Source: Catajapyx aquilonaris
Taxonomy: Eukaryota
Direction: 5' to 3'
DNA: 64,000 nt
Assembly (NCBI GenBank): GCA_000934665.2
Contig: KZ538066.1
Location: 1-64,000, forward strand
Shown: positions 37,149 to 49,485 of the stretch, piece by piece
Layout of the letters: every line of letters starts with the position of its first letter
Position numbering within the stretch: the first letter of the stretch is position 1
Translations under genes and position numbers: made by a program
The notes under the pieces: generated by a model
What the model saw: the letters and a program-made list of their open reading frames with translations, nothing else
What the model was told of the DNA's origin: nothing
Databases searched by the model: none

Positions 37149-37657
37149 CAGGGTGGTCCAAGTTCAAGTGTCGTTTTATAACGGCGATTAAAACAGTGAT
37201 TTTGCGATGACGTAGCAGCGACGCGTAAAATGTCCCACTTCGGCGCATCTTCGGCGCCCTTACCAAAATTTGACATTGCCACGAGCTCGCAGTGAGGTCG
37301 TGTGGACCTTGCAACCTCGTATGGAGCTCGCAATCACATCGTGCCACCTCGCAGACCGGATTACTGAACAAATGTTCAACACTTTCACCTCCAGCTCGTG
37401 GAAAGTGACCTCGCCGCGAGCTCGCATTTCACGACGTGTACATTGCGACCTCGCCCGATGGTCGCAAAACACGACGTCTCCGCGAGCTCGTAGAGAGTGA
37501 CCTCGCCGCGAGCTCGCGTTTCACGACGTGTACCTTGCGACCTCGCCCGATGGTCGCAAAACACGAAGTGGGCAATTTTACACGTCGCTGCTACGTCATT
37601 GTTAAGCGCTTCTATTAATCACCGTTATAAAACGACACTTGATCTTGGACCACCCTG
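37149..37657. mobile_element. Tc1/mariner-type MITE of 509 bp with long TIRs
   Basis: TA|CAGGGTGGTCCAAGTTCAAGTGTCGTTTTATAACGG ... CCGTTATAAAACGACACTTGATCTTGGACCACCCTG|TA. The imperfect arms extend about 95 bp, and the interior contains GACCTCGC/GCGAGCTCGC direct repeats. Confidence 0.9.
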
Positions 37658-37754
37658 TATTGAATGGTTATAAATAAATAACATTAAAATAAATGACATT
37701 TTTAAAATAATTGCTAGCTTAAAATAACAGATATTTGCAAAGGTTATTAATTTA

Positions 37755-38040
37755 TTGAAAATAACTATTGGAAATAGTATTAAATTGAAAATAACTATCG
37801 GAAATAGTATTAAATTGAAAATAACTATCGGAAATAGTATTAAATTGAAAATAACTATTGGAAATAATATTACACTGAAAATAACTATCGAAACTGTTGG
37901 ATTGAAAATAACTATTCAAACTGTTGGATTGAAAATGACTTGAATTAAATTGAAAACTATTGAAGCTGTTAAATTGGTAATAACTGTTGAAGCCGTTAAA
38001 TTGGAAATAACTATTGAAATTATTAATAAGTTGAAAGTAA
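37755..38040. repeat. 30-bp tandem repeat (TTGAAAATAACTATCGGAAATAGTATTAAA) that decays rightward
   Basis: Period of 30 bp from 37755, with shorter diverged units after 37875. Confidence 0.88.
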
Positions 38041-39129
38041 TATCTATTTGAAAATATTAAAACATACCAAGTACAATAGCTGTTCTTTTCCGGTGTCTAT
38101 TTTTCAATTGAATATTTTCAACTTTAAAAATATATCAACGCCTTCATATTGATTAAAAATACTATTATTATTATTTACTATTAATAACCACTAAATGTAA
38201 CCATTCAAAAAGAACTGTTTAAACGGCCCACGACACTTCCATATTGCCTCTTCCACCTCCTACCACGTTGCCACATCTTGCAGACATGAATCCTCCACCT
38301 GCAAATCGCCGACTCGAAAGATGCAAACGACCCTCTGTCCTATACACATACACTTTTCTCTGTCTTTTTGTCGCCAACTCTTGCATTGGAAATCTGAAGC
38401 ACGCTCCACTAACTCGCAGCTTTTTCTCTCCCGATTCTCGTAAAAGCAATAACGTCGCCTTCATTTTGAGCCCCTCTCCCTCCCACCTCCCACCCCCGCC
38501 ACCAACTCTACCCCCCGAACTAAATCGGAGTTTAAAAAAAAAAAGAAAAGAAGAAGAAAAAAAACTCAAATTGGCATACGAAACATGTCGCCTTGTAGGT
38601 ATTGGTGTCTGGTTAGTTAGAGTCAAAACATGATGAGCGACGCTGCAGACGCCATTAAACCGCTTTCTCGCCATTTTCAAAGATAAAAAAAGAAGGAAGA
38701 AGAAGCGTGAGTTTACGACCGATATTTAACGGCCGGTTTTTGCATCGTCCGGGACGTTTAACAATTTTCTGTAACGATTTTGGAGTGTGCAGCGGGTCAA
38801 CCCAACGCCGCCCCGTTAAAAATGGCGATGTCGAGAGCGGAAATGTTGTATGGATCTGGCAAAAAAAATAAATTTGCTCGCAATTTTTTTGGTAGGATAA
38901 GAGCAGACCACGAGAATTAAAATGGTATTTGCAAGCGGTGAAAACGGGGGGGGGGGGAGGGGAGGTGATTAGACTGATATCCAGCTATTAATCTACGGAC
39001 TAACCGAATGTTATTTTTTGCAACAGCTTTTTGCAGAATTTGCAAAAAAATTGCGAACGTCGGGTCTGCGGTTATGCACGTTTCATTACCCTTGCTACGC
39101 GAAATTTCAGACCTCTAACTAACAGCTTA

Positions 39130-39570
39130 ATATTTATATTAAATTACGATAAGTAATATACATAATAACTAATATAACAAATAATATATAGATAACATGT
39201 TATATGACATGTAATATCTTATATAACCTGCAATATAATAACTGATATAACTTGTAATACAACTTATGCTATGATAACTAATACTAATACACATAAGAAC
39301 AACAATAATAATAATATAACATGTAATATACTAACCCATCCACACTAGTTTACATACTAACTAATAAACAAATTAGTATACATACTATTATTCACAATAA
39401 CTAATATACATATTAGTATACGTGCAATTATTCACAATAACTAATATACATATTAGTATACGTGCTATTATTCACAATAACTAATATAATATTAGTATAC
39501 ATAGTAACTGATGTACATAATAACTATTATTTGTAATAACTGATGTACTTAATAACTACTATATAATAGC
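39130..39570. repeat. AT-rich TAACT repeat island with 40-bp units
   Basis: tattcacaataactaatata occurs three times at about 39389-39490. Confidence 0.75.
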
Positions 39571-40703
39571 TATTCACGAGTGAAATAAAATAAAATAAAC
39601 CCCATTTGTAAGATTAATTAACATTAAATGAAGTTAATTGGTGAAATATCGTAGATGGGTACGGTAATTTGCTTAAGTTGCTTTATCTCGGATCATTATT
39701 ATGTAGAATTTGCTCGAGTCTGTGCCTCTGTTTGTCCGGGATGAGTCATCAAATATATTCATGTAGTACCACTTCTCATCACATGATCCTGAGAGTGGTG
39801 GTAGTGTGCAGATGCGCCATCTACTTGAGCGATATGGTACTAAGTGGATCAAATTTGCATCCATCTGGCAGCCCCGTTCATTCAGGTAGCTCGCTGTGTC
39901 CCCCCGATGTTTATTGGCCCTTCCGCTCCAAAAATAGTGGGCCAATTGACGTCCCTCCATAGAGTGTCCCCCTTCAAGTGTCATTGTCCACCGTTCCAAT
40001 ACCCACCGTCCTGACCAACAAAAAGCCGGGTAGTTAAAATCGCATTAATCATCCTGTGGGTCCCACCGCCGGACGCTTCCAATATGGCTGCCACACTTGC
40101 ACCTAAGTAGCCAATAAGGTTGTCCTCCCCCAGCACAAAAGACGGTGCGACGTGTCGTTTCGGTTTTTGTCTGCTCGTCACGCCTCTCTCCCCGTGTGAA
40201 CAGCAATGATGGACTCCCTTCCGCCCAACCCATTCGGGGAGGGGGGGGACCAAGAGAGAGAGAGACGAATGGGAGTTTGATGGGATTTATTGCGGCACGT
40301 AATTGGGCAGAATGGCCTCGGAGCACGCTCATTATAACGGCAAAGTAATTCAACAAATTCTTGTGGGCTCGTCATGAGTGCGCACAGCGCGCCGGCAACC
40401 CACGTTTATGAAACGTCGTTCAAAATCAAGGGGTGGGAGGGAGGTAGCGGAGGGGAGTGAGGGGGGAATTCCTCCCCGTAGTGTCGCACTGCTGTGTGCA
40501 GAAGGTCTGGTAAAGACCTGTTTACGCCCTCGTGAGCCAAAGTCGCACGAACGACTTTTCTGTCACGATGTGAGCCAATGTCGCACGAACGACTTTTCTG
40601 TCGGGCATACGAATCGCACCATGCATTTACGCCATTCCGGCTAGAAGCATGTTACATATGTGGGAAGTCGCGCATCCAGCAGGTGTCCGTTTCCCCTCCT
40701 TAA

Positions 40704-40890
40704 GGTATGTTTACCCCCTCACGATTTGAGCCTCGGTCGCACGATCAGATGCATGCGACTGTTTCTATTTTGGTTGGTTTGGAGGTCGAATGCCTCCAGT
40801 CGTTCCGATCTGACCTGGGGAAGCCCATTTTTGTCGGTCGCAAAGCGCCTGGTCGTGCGACCGAGGCTCAAATCGTCACTGCTTAAACAC
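40704..40890. mobile_element. Palindromic MITE-like element (PIF/Harbinger-like left end)
   Basis: Perfect 24-bp inverted repeat ACGATTTGAGCCTCGGTCGCACGA (40721-40744 / 40853-40876). The left end reads TAA|GGTATGTTTAC; the right end is eroded. Related GAGCC...GTCGCACGA motifs occur at 40534-40590. Confidence 0.55.
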
Positions 40891-40974
40891 GAGGAAGAAG
40901 GACCCAGGGATATTGCCGCAAGTTGTTCACATTTACCTATTCTGCTATTAATTTTGCGCGTAGTTTTGTCAAAA

Positions 40975-43140
40975 ACCATCATGCCCATAGAGGCCCATAT
41001 GTGCCCATACACATATTTGGTCTATATAAACCCATACGTACTCAAAGATTAATGTGAGCTCATACCAAACTACAGTGTCCATACCCATATAAGCTGCATA
41101 TAAGCCCATATAATTTTGCGTGTAATTATGTCAAAAACCATAATGCCCATAGAGAGACCCATATGAGCCCACATGCACTCAAATAAACCTGTATGTAGGA
41201 CTCATGGAAATTTATTTGAGATAATACCAAACTAGAATGACCATATAAGTCCATGTACGTCCATCTGAGCCCTGACGATGTAATCTTTGTTGACCATATA
41301 GCCCAAAGAAACATTTGCGTGCTCATAGATACCATTGTGACCATGTAACATAGAGTCCTCATAGAAGCCCATATGAGCCAATGTGAGTGCAGTGTGCGCT
41401 CCATGTCTCCTGAACTTCAACAAAAAAAAGATCCTATATGGTGGGTGGATTTCTGGCTCGAAAATTGTGATGTTCATTTCCAGAAGTAGGCCCCCGGAAA
41501 TCCGGGTCCCGGCCCGGACACGCGTGTAACAAGAAGTGGGTCCCAAAGGAGGCGGAAGAAACCTCGTAATCCGCAAGTCTAGCCGAGTCTTTGCAGATAA
41601 CTTGATCTGCGGGCCCAGATAATTTCTTCCCCAGCATTCCGGGGCTGCGCTTCAGGGAAAAGAAGAATAAGAAAATGAAATATTCTATGGGGTTATCAGA
41701 GTTGTTTCACCATCAGGATTTGGAGGCGTGACCATATGGCCATTATGGATACTTGAAAGGCTAAAGATGTCGCTGAATAAGTTTCCCATATGTGCCCATA
41801 TGCTCGGGAGCCACTTTATATTTTCTCATATTTCTAGAAAACCATATTGCCCATATTTTCTTCTAGAATAATATGGCTAGTAAAAATCCTGCGGGTCGCA
41901 GTGTGACAAGCTCACGCATGTCCAGAAGGTGACAAATTGCTTATCAACATTCCCATATCACCTTATTGGCCCATATTGCCTCATATGGGCTAGCTTTTGA
42001 CATTGCGCTTCACTAAATACACACATGTCGCTTCCATCTTGATATTTCAATCAAGTATTTCTTATGACCCTTTCGAAACTAACAGCAAGTCCACATATGC
42101 CATATGGCCATATAAGGGCAATAATTTATAAGATTATTTCGCAAAACTTTCTCGGATTGAACGTCCACAGTTACTTCGACAAAAATTCCCGATATGGGCC
42201 CATATTCCCCATATGAGCTCGGCTATGGCATTTGGCTTCATTTCATCAATACATCTTGCTTCTGTACTGATATTTTAACCAAATATTTCTTATGAACCTT
42301 ATGAAACTAAGCCAATATATCCCATATGGCCATATATGGGCTAGTATTTAACACTCTTTCACAACACTAGCTCAGATTGAACTTCCACACTTCTTCGACA
42401 AAGATTTCCATATGGACATGCCCATATGGGAATATGTGGACGTACAGTGCTGGACATAATAGCCGTCGCTGAATGTTTTTTTCCGGCGGAGGCGGCGGCG
42501 GCGTTACCTGGCAACCCCGTCCGGCGCGGCGGGCCAATTCAAACATCAGCCCATGGAGAGCGCTTCCATTGTTGCCACTGTTTACAAATCGGCAGGCAGG
42601 CAGGCAGAAGAGACCCGTCGCTGGGTCGTCCGCGTCACTCACTCGATTTGTAAACAGTGGCAACAATGGAAGCGCTCTCCATGGGCTGATGTTTGAATTG
42701 CCCCGCCGGACAGGGTTGCCAGGTAACGCCGCCGCCGCCGGAAAAAAAACATTCACCGACGGCTAATATGTCCAGCACTGTATATGGGCTCGTCTTTATG
42801 ACATTTTTCATTACATATGCTGAAAACCATTGCTTTTTCGACAAATGGACATGCCCATATGGGAATATATGGCCGTATATGGTCTCGTCTTTATGACATT
42901 TTCATTGCCCTACATTTGTTCAAATATAACATTGCTTCTTCGACAAAAATTCACATATGGGCCATATGGGCCATATGGGGAATATGGGCATAATAACATT
43001 TCGCTTCACTATACTTTCTCAGATTGAACTTCCACACTGCTGTCTCAACAAAAATTGTCTTATGCTCCCCCCCATATTCCCCATAGGCCCATATGCATAC
43101 CAACCCTGATTTCCACACCTCTCCATATTCTCCATCGCTT
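40975..43140. repeat. CCCATATG(GG)-cored degenerate repeat islands
   Basis: Recurring gcccatatg / catatggg motifs at 40975-41400 and 41730-43140. Confidence 0.75.
42445..42780. mobile_element. Young Tc1/mariner-type MITE, 336 bp, almost entirely palindromic
   Basis: TA|CAGTGCTGGACAT ... ATGTCCAGCACTG|TA, with near-perfect arms of about 140 bp. A paralogous empty site with a single TA lies at 42876-42877. Confidence 0.95.
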
Positions 43141-43734
43141 CTTCTCTCCAGAGGCATTACCCCGCTTCCCAAAAAGTCGACCAAGGTGGAAATCGATAGG
43201 GGAGAAGCGATTAGTAGGTTCGGTTTCCTAACTCTCGACTCGAACCACTGACTCGACAAAGGCATTTTTTCTCCCCTCCTCTCCCCCCCCCCACCCCCCN
43301 CCCCCCATTTTATACCCCCCGCCTTCCCCCCCATTTTCTTTTTTTGGTCTAGGCCCATATACGGGGCCGTGCCTAGAAACTCAGACAACGAGGGGTTGAG
43401 GAATTTAAATGAATTCCTTCCCCTCCTCCCCTCTTCTCCTCCCACCCCTTGCTAATTCCTCTGGACATGAAAATGAACTTTGATACTTGCTTTTTGGTGG
43501 GAGGGATATTGTTATAAAGTTAAAGGATGCGGCGGGAGTAAACGACCTCCCTCCCTACCCCCCTCCTACAGCCCCTCCATACCAAAAATTTTGGTAACTC
43601 ATCAAAAACCCTCTTGCTAAAAACTTTTGGCAATGCAAAATCCGCTTCTCTGAAATTCTTCTGCACTGTACACTTAGCAACCAATTATTTAACCTCCAGT
43701 AATAACTTGTTGTTATGCAAGTCGCGCTTCTTTT

Positions 43735-44530
43735 TTTTAGTAAGTTTTTGCGAATTACGTGTTTGGGATTTTTCGCGAATTTGGTGAAAACTCGGGCTTT
43801 ACATTTGGGCAGAATTTAATTACAGTTTTGCAGATTTTCGCTCGTTAAAATTGTCGAATTACATAGTTGTGCAAATTTTATTATATTTCGCGTCAGTTTT
43901 TTGCATATCTCGTCGTTTTGACGGATATTGCGAATTTATTTGAAATTTACAAAGTAGTGTACATTTAATTGTGCAATCTCTAGGTTTTTCGCGTATTTTG
44001 GCGTCAGTTTTTGCCAATTTTGTTCGCTATTTTGACAGAATTTACTTTCAGTCTTGAAGATTTTTTTTTTAATTTTCTAATTCGGGAATGACACTTTTTG
44101 TACCTCTCACTGATTTTATTTCAAATTTTTTGCAACTTTCGCTTTCAGTTTTGGAGAGGGAGAGGGAATCATAACCTCACAGTAATTTTGCGATTATGAT
44201 TATGATTATGGCAAAAACTCGCTTTCAAACAATCCCGACACTATATACTTTTTAACATTTTCTCACAATTTGCTTCTATTTTTCGCATATATTTTGCAAA
44301 TCTTTCTAATAGGTCCTGAATGTCAATTTTGACGCATTTCACTCTGCGAATTTTGTTTTCAATTTTTCGCACATCTAATCTCTTAAAAGCTCACATAGTT
44401 TCAATTTTTGGAAATCTCACGCTTTCTTCCACGAATCTCGCATTTTTTTTTTTGCAAAATTCTCGAAAGTCACTTTTGATTTTCGTAAATCTTTTGCTTT
44501 CAATTATTTTGCGAATCTCTTATTCGAACA
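43735..44530. repeat. Degenerate TTTT(G/C)GC(G/A)AAT low-complexity island
   Basis: Recurring ttttgcgaat / ttttcgc / ctcgctttca motifs. Confidence 0.6.
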
Positions 44531-45466
44531 TGTATAGATAATGAGGACATGTCAAAGACATTTTACCTTTTCACAAGGATGATATAGTAATGGGGCGGAG
44601 AATATTTCGCCAAAATTCTCAGGGACGTAACGTTTTCAGTGCAGATATGTACTGTACGTAACTGCCGCTCTATGAATTATGCAGTACCTTCGTCTTTATT
44701 TGAACAGGCAGTAGGAGCCCCCTTATTAATGTATTATTAAATTTCTCGGGGAGTGCTCGCCAAACTTGATGTACAGGGTGTTTCATAATGACTTCTGGAT
44801 CACATAATTAGGAGGTGATGACTCACCCTGGACAAACTGAGACACCAGCATATTTTATATAATGTGGCATGAAAATATATTATTATTATTTATTATTATT
44901 ATTGCTGCATGATATTGTTATGTTAACCTGTAACGATCCAGCAGCAAAATGACGTCATTTAGTTTGAGTGTTCAGGTAATTCTAGTTGGAGAGCACGTAC
45001 AGGTATGTGGTAATTACATGTGAGGCGCGCACAACTGCAGTGCGATGCAATGGTGGAAATTAATGGAACAAAGTTTAACAGACAAAAATGAGTTTACATC
45101 GGCTGCTAATTAAACAGTAGCAATGCTAGCCTGTGTCACCTATAAATTACATTATCTCGTTTTCGAATTACTCGCGTCCTGTTCCATCAAATCAAACCCC
45201 ACATGCACTACAACTATCCATTTTGAGAAATAAAAATATGCGTATGAAAAAAAAACTGTTGTTAGATGGCGACACAGTCCAGCAATGGCATACTAAATAA
45301 ATTACAACACAAATAAAATAAATAGAATTAAATAAAACAACACGAAATAGATATAATAATTATTGCTTATAATGTATATGTATAATAAATCGTTATATAA
45401 TAAATAAAATCAAAAAATAAGAAAAGGAATAAATTTAAATAAATTCATACAAATAAATTTATACAA

Positions 45467-45754
45467 CCGAAGCAATGGTGGCGGAGGGGATATGGTATCC
45501 GACTGCTAATCGGGAGGTCCTGGGTTCGAATCCCGGTGCCGGCAACTCTAACCGTGGTTTTCTGTGGTTTCCCACGGTTCCTCCAGGAGAATTCCGGAGT
45601 TGTTTCCTAAACTAATAGGCCGCAGCCGCCTCCTTCCTTTCCTATCCTATCCCAAAAAGCGCAGTAAAAACGAAACGATGAGTTCCAGTCAAAAAAATAT
45701 CCCCCCTAAAGAGCCGCCAGCTGATAACGGGATATGAATTATTATGATTATTAT
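45467..45754 (+). mobile_element. tRNA-derived SINE with a 16-bp target-site duplication
   Basis: A box TGGCGGAGGGG (45479-45489), B box GGTTCGAATCC (45523-45533), an anticodon-arm-like TCCGACTGCTAATCGGG and an (ATT)n tail. The perfect TSD AAATAAATTTATACAA lies at 45451-45466 and 45755-45770. Confidence 0.92.
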
Positions 45755-46817
45755 AAATAAATTTATACAAATTAATTTCAATAAATCGAATTAAATTTTC
45801 ACGCAATATAGTGAAATAATTGATTCAAAATGACAATAAAATAAATTATTAATAATTAATGAAAAAATCAAAATAACTAATTGTACAGCATCAAAATAAA
45901 TTAACAGCAATAAATTAAAAAAATAATAAAAACAGTGCAACGAACTACAAAAAATTAAGTTTATTCGCAAATGAATAATGTAAAATATTAATAGCTTCAG
46001 TCATATCGTGATTTGACACCGCGAGTTGTATTCAGAGACGTCATTTTACTAAAACAGCATCGTTTAAATGACCGTCCAACTTCCTCTCCAATTTTTTACC
46101 GTTCCTGTACCATTGTTAACCGTGAAGTGGAACAAACGCTATTCCAACCAATCAAGTATCGCCAAATTTGCACTCAATCTCCCGACATGTTGACCGAATT
46201 GTGTGCCCAACTTTCTCTCCAAACCTTAGCCTTTCTATCAAGGTTGGCAAACTTCAATTCCAGACTAAATATTCTCCTCCTCTCCCCTCCTCCCTTCCTC
46301 CTTCCTTACATATCTTAAACTCCAGTTTCTAGCTTGCGACTAATTGATACTGACGGATCGCATCTTTGTCCCGTTTGCTCTTACGCGCTCACTTCATTAC
46401 TTTCTCATTCGGATCGCAGACAAGAATTGCAAACAAAGTCAGCTCTTCTCTTCTCCTTCTCAACGATTGGATTCCTCCCTCCCTCCTTCCTCCTCTCCCC
46501 TATATCCTCCTCCGGAAAATCCGGGCAACAGACTTCCGCCTTGGAACGTGCCGTTGTCAAGATCAGTGAAGGGCTTGTGATTTATTCCTGGCTGGCTGTC
46601 CCGGACAGGTTTACGATCTAGTGACCCCCACTTGCCCCTCCTTCCCCCCCACAACTGCTATATCAGAAAGTTTTGGGGAAACGGGGAGGGAGGGGAGAGG
46701 TCTCTAGTAGACAAGCCCCGGTTAGGTCTATTGTGAACCGCATTCTTGGTGCGGTGGTGTTCTACAGGGTGTTGAGTGATTCATGGGTTTGGGAGCTGAG
46801 GGGGTGCTGAAACACTG

Positions 46818-47945
46818 TTGGGCACAAAAGAGAGGCACAATTTTCAACAATTGGGTGGGTGGTGCATATAAAGGGTGGATTTGGGTAGGAATTTCAGTAT
46901 TTCCTGTCTATGCTGTGACTATTTTAGCCTTATTGAAGAAAGGCAATATTAGGCACAAAATGTAAGAAAAGGCACAAATGACACAATTGTACAAATGTGT
47001 GGAGGGATTTCAGTAGGCCTTACTTCCTTTCTATACTGGGCCTATTTTTTGTCTTATGTAAGAAACGCAATATCAGGCACAAAATGTAAGAAAAGGCACA
47101 AATAGCACAATAATTGTGCCGTTTGTGTCTTTTCTTTCATTTTGAAATTCCTGCACACATTTTTACAATTACAGTAAAAATGTGTGCTGGAATTTCAGTA
47201 TGCCCTATTTTCTTTATATGCTATGCCTAATTCTGCATTATGCAAGAAAGGCAAAATTAGGCACAAAATGTAAAGATGCACAGATGGCACAATATTTTTA
47301 ATTCTAAAATGTGCGTATATTTACAAGTACGGCGAAGTAAAGGTAGATTCGGAAGAATTTTGTTAATTTGTACCTATTTTGCCTTCTGTGAGAAAGGAAT
47401 TAGGCACAAAAAGCACAAGAGGCACAATTATTAAAAACCTGTGTATTTTGTACATATGGCAAATCAAATAGGCATGGGCGAAACTGTCAAATGTGTGCCT
47501 ATTTTTGCCTTATACGGGAAAGGGGGAGAAAAGTGGGAACAAATGGCACAAATAGCATAATAATAAATAAGCTGGGTGATTTTCGCACATGTCAGTGAAA
47601 ATGTTATTTGTGCCATATTTTCAATTTTGTGCCTATTTTGCCTTATGAGAGCGAAACAATAGGCACAAACAAGCACAAATGGCATAATTATGAAAAATGT
47701 GCGTATTTGCACATAAGGCAGAGTAGATTTGAACTAAAATTTAATTTTTGTGTGTGTTTGTGCCTATTATTTCATGTTGTGACTATTTGTGCCTTATGGG
47801 AAAATGGAAAAAAATTAGGCACAAAAGGTACATGTGGCACCATTATGAAAATGTGGTGCATTTGCGCATAATTATGGCAGAGTAAATGTATATTTGCTCA
47901 AAAAGTTCGATTTTGTCTGTTTGTGCCTAATTGTGCCTATTGGCG
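46818..47945. repeat. GGCACAAA / TTTGTGCC repeat island in both orientations
   Basis: Recurring aggcacaaaatg and tgtgcctatt units, with the same core as 30312-31585. Confidence 0.8.
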
Positions 47946-48594
47946 CCTGCACTTTCTGCATGCTTGTGACTTTAACAAATCGAGAGGACAGAGTTTGGTA
48001 CAGACCGGTACAAAAGTGTGGCCACAAAAGGCCACAAAAAAAAATCACACCATTTCAAATAAAGCGACAATTCCTAGCTCTCACTTGTTACGCAGCAATT
48101 ACACGGTCATGCACTAAACTTAACGGTTAATTTCACAGCCATGAAAGTAACCTGTTTCAGACTCTGTTTTTATATACACTGCAGCCGTTAAAATCGAATC
48201 CAATATTTTTGATTGCAAACCGATAATTAACAGCACCTTAATCATAATCCCCTAGCGATATTGGGTGTAAATCGCGAAGTCTTTAGAGGAGGGGGGGATT
48301 ACAGCTTCCACTTCTTGTACAATGTCGCTCTTTAGTGTCTCATAAAAAGACCCCTACCATTAGCTTACGTTACTGTTACGAACCGACAGTAAAGAAGCGA
48401 AAAAGATGGCTTAATAATCCCCCTCCACTTTACACACACATCAAGGGGTAGGCCTTTGAATATGCGACTTAATATGCTTTATTAACATGTGTTTACCCGG
48501 GGTTGGAGCAGATGTATGTGTGGCAACAAACATGTGGACGTGACTTAATTAGAGGGTTAAGTCAAGCTTGGTCTTTACTGGGGGATTAAAGCCG

Positions 48595-49485
48595 ATGTGT
48601 CAATTCGCACATTTTCGCAAAAATTTCCACTAATTTGAGCAAATGCAATGAGTAAAAATTCAAATAGCTCAAAATTTGCAATTTTCTATGTAAACGTGCA
48701 AAAACATATACAAAAATAAGATTTTTGCACACTTTTCATCAGCTAAATGGCAATTCGTACCATATCGAAAATTTTCGCCAATAAGCAAAAATTCAAAATA
48801 ATTATAATTCTTCACGTACAATTGGCCTATTCTTTGTATACATATATTCGTAAAAAGCAGGTAGGAAAATCAGGCTTAGTACAAAATTTCAATCGACTGA
48901 TTGTCATTTCGCAAATTTTCACACATTGGCTCAAATGTTAAAAGAATTTTAAAAATAATATTGGAGTGTTCAGTTGCAATTTTTTTGTTAATTCACAAAA
49001 ATCCGGCTGCAAAAATCAAGGTTTTGCACGAACTTTGTATCAACTTATTGTCAATTCGCACAATTTCGCAGATTTTCGGAAATGAGCAAAAATTCTCAAT
49101 AATTGACATTCTTCACGTGCAAATTTATTTGTACATGAATTCAAGTAAAAAATCTGGCGGGAAAGTCACGTTTTTGCATGAAATATCAATCAACTGATTG
49201 TCAATTCGTAAATTGGGTTACACACGTGCGAAAATTCAAAACAGTTGAAACTTTTCACTTACAATTTTCTTTGAGCATAAATTCGCAAACGAGTGGTTGC
49301 AAAAAATCATGTTTTGCACAAACTTTAACTGATAGTCAATTAGAACAATTTTCCGAATTTGACTTAATGAGTGAAAATATTCAAATTTTGCTGAAAATTT
49401 TGCATTTGCAATTTTCTTTTGTATTTGCGTGGTTGCAAAAATCCGATTTTTTTTTCGCCACAAACGTTTCCATCAACTGATCAAT
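48595..49485. repeat. Degenerate long-unit repeat (GTCAATTCGCAC...GCAAAAATTC)
   Basis: Recurring tgtcaattcg, aactgat and tgcaaaaa motifs at roughly 150-bp spacing. Confidence 0.6.

Noticed and set aside
44821..44852. Minus-strand ATG-LVSQFVQ-G|GTGAGT as the DIP first coding exon
   Set aside because: The phase fits, but 8 codons are too short for a signal peptide, there is an in-frame stop just upstream, and the donor overlaps a CACCCTG mariner-like terminus.
45467..45545. tRNA-Ser(GCT)-like sequence as a real tRNA gene
   Set aside because: It lacks a proper acceptor stem and long variable arm, and continues into a SINE body, an (ATT)n tail and a 16-bp TSD.
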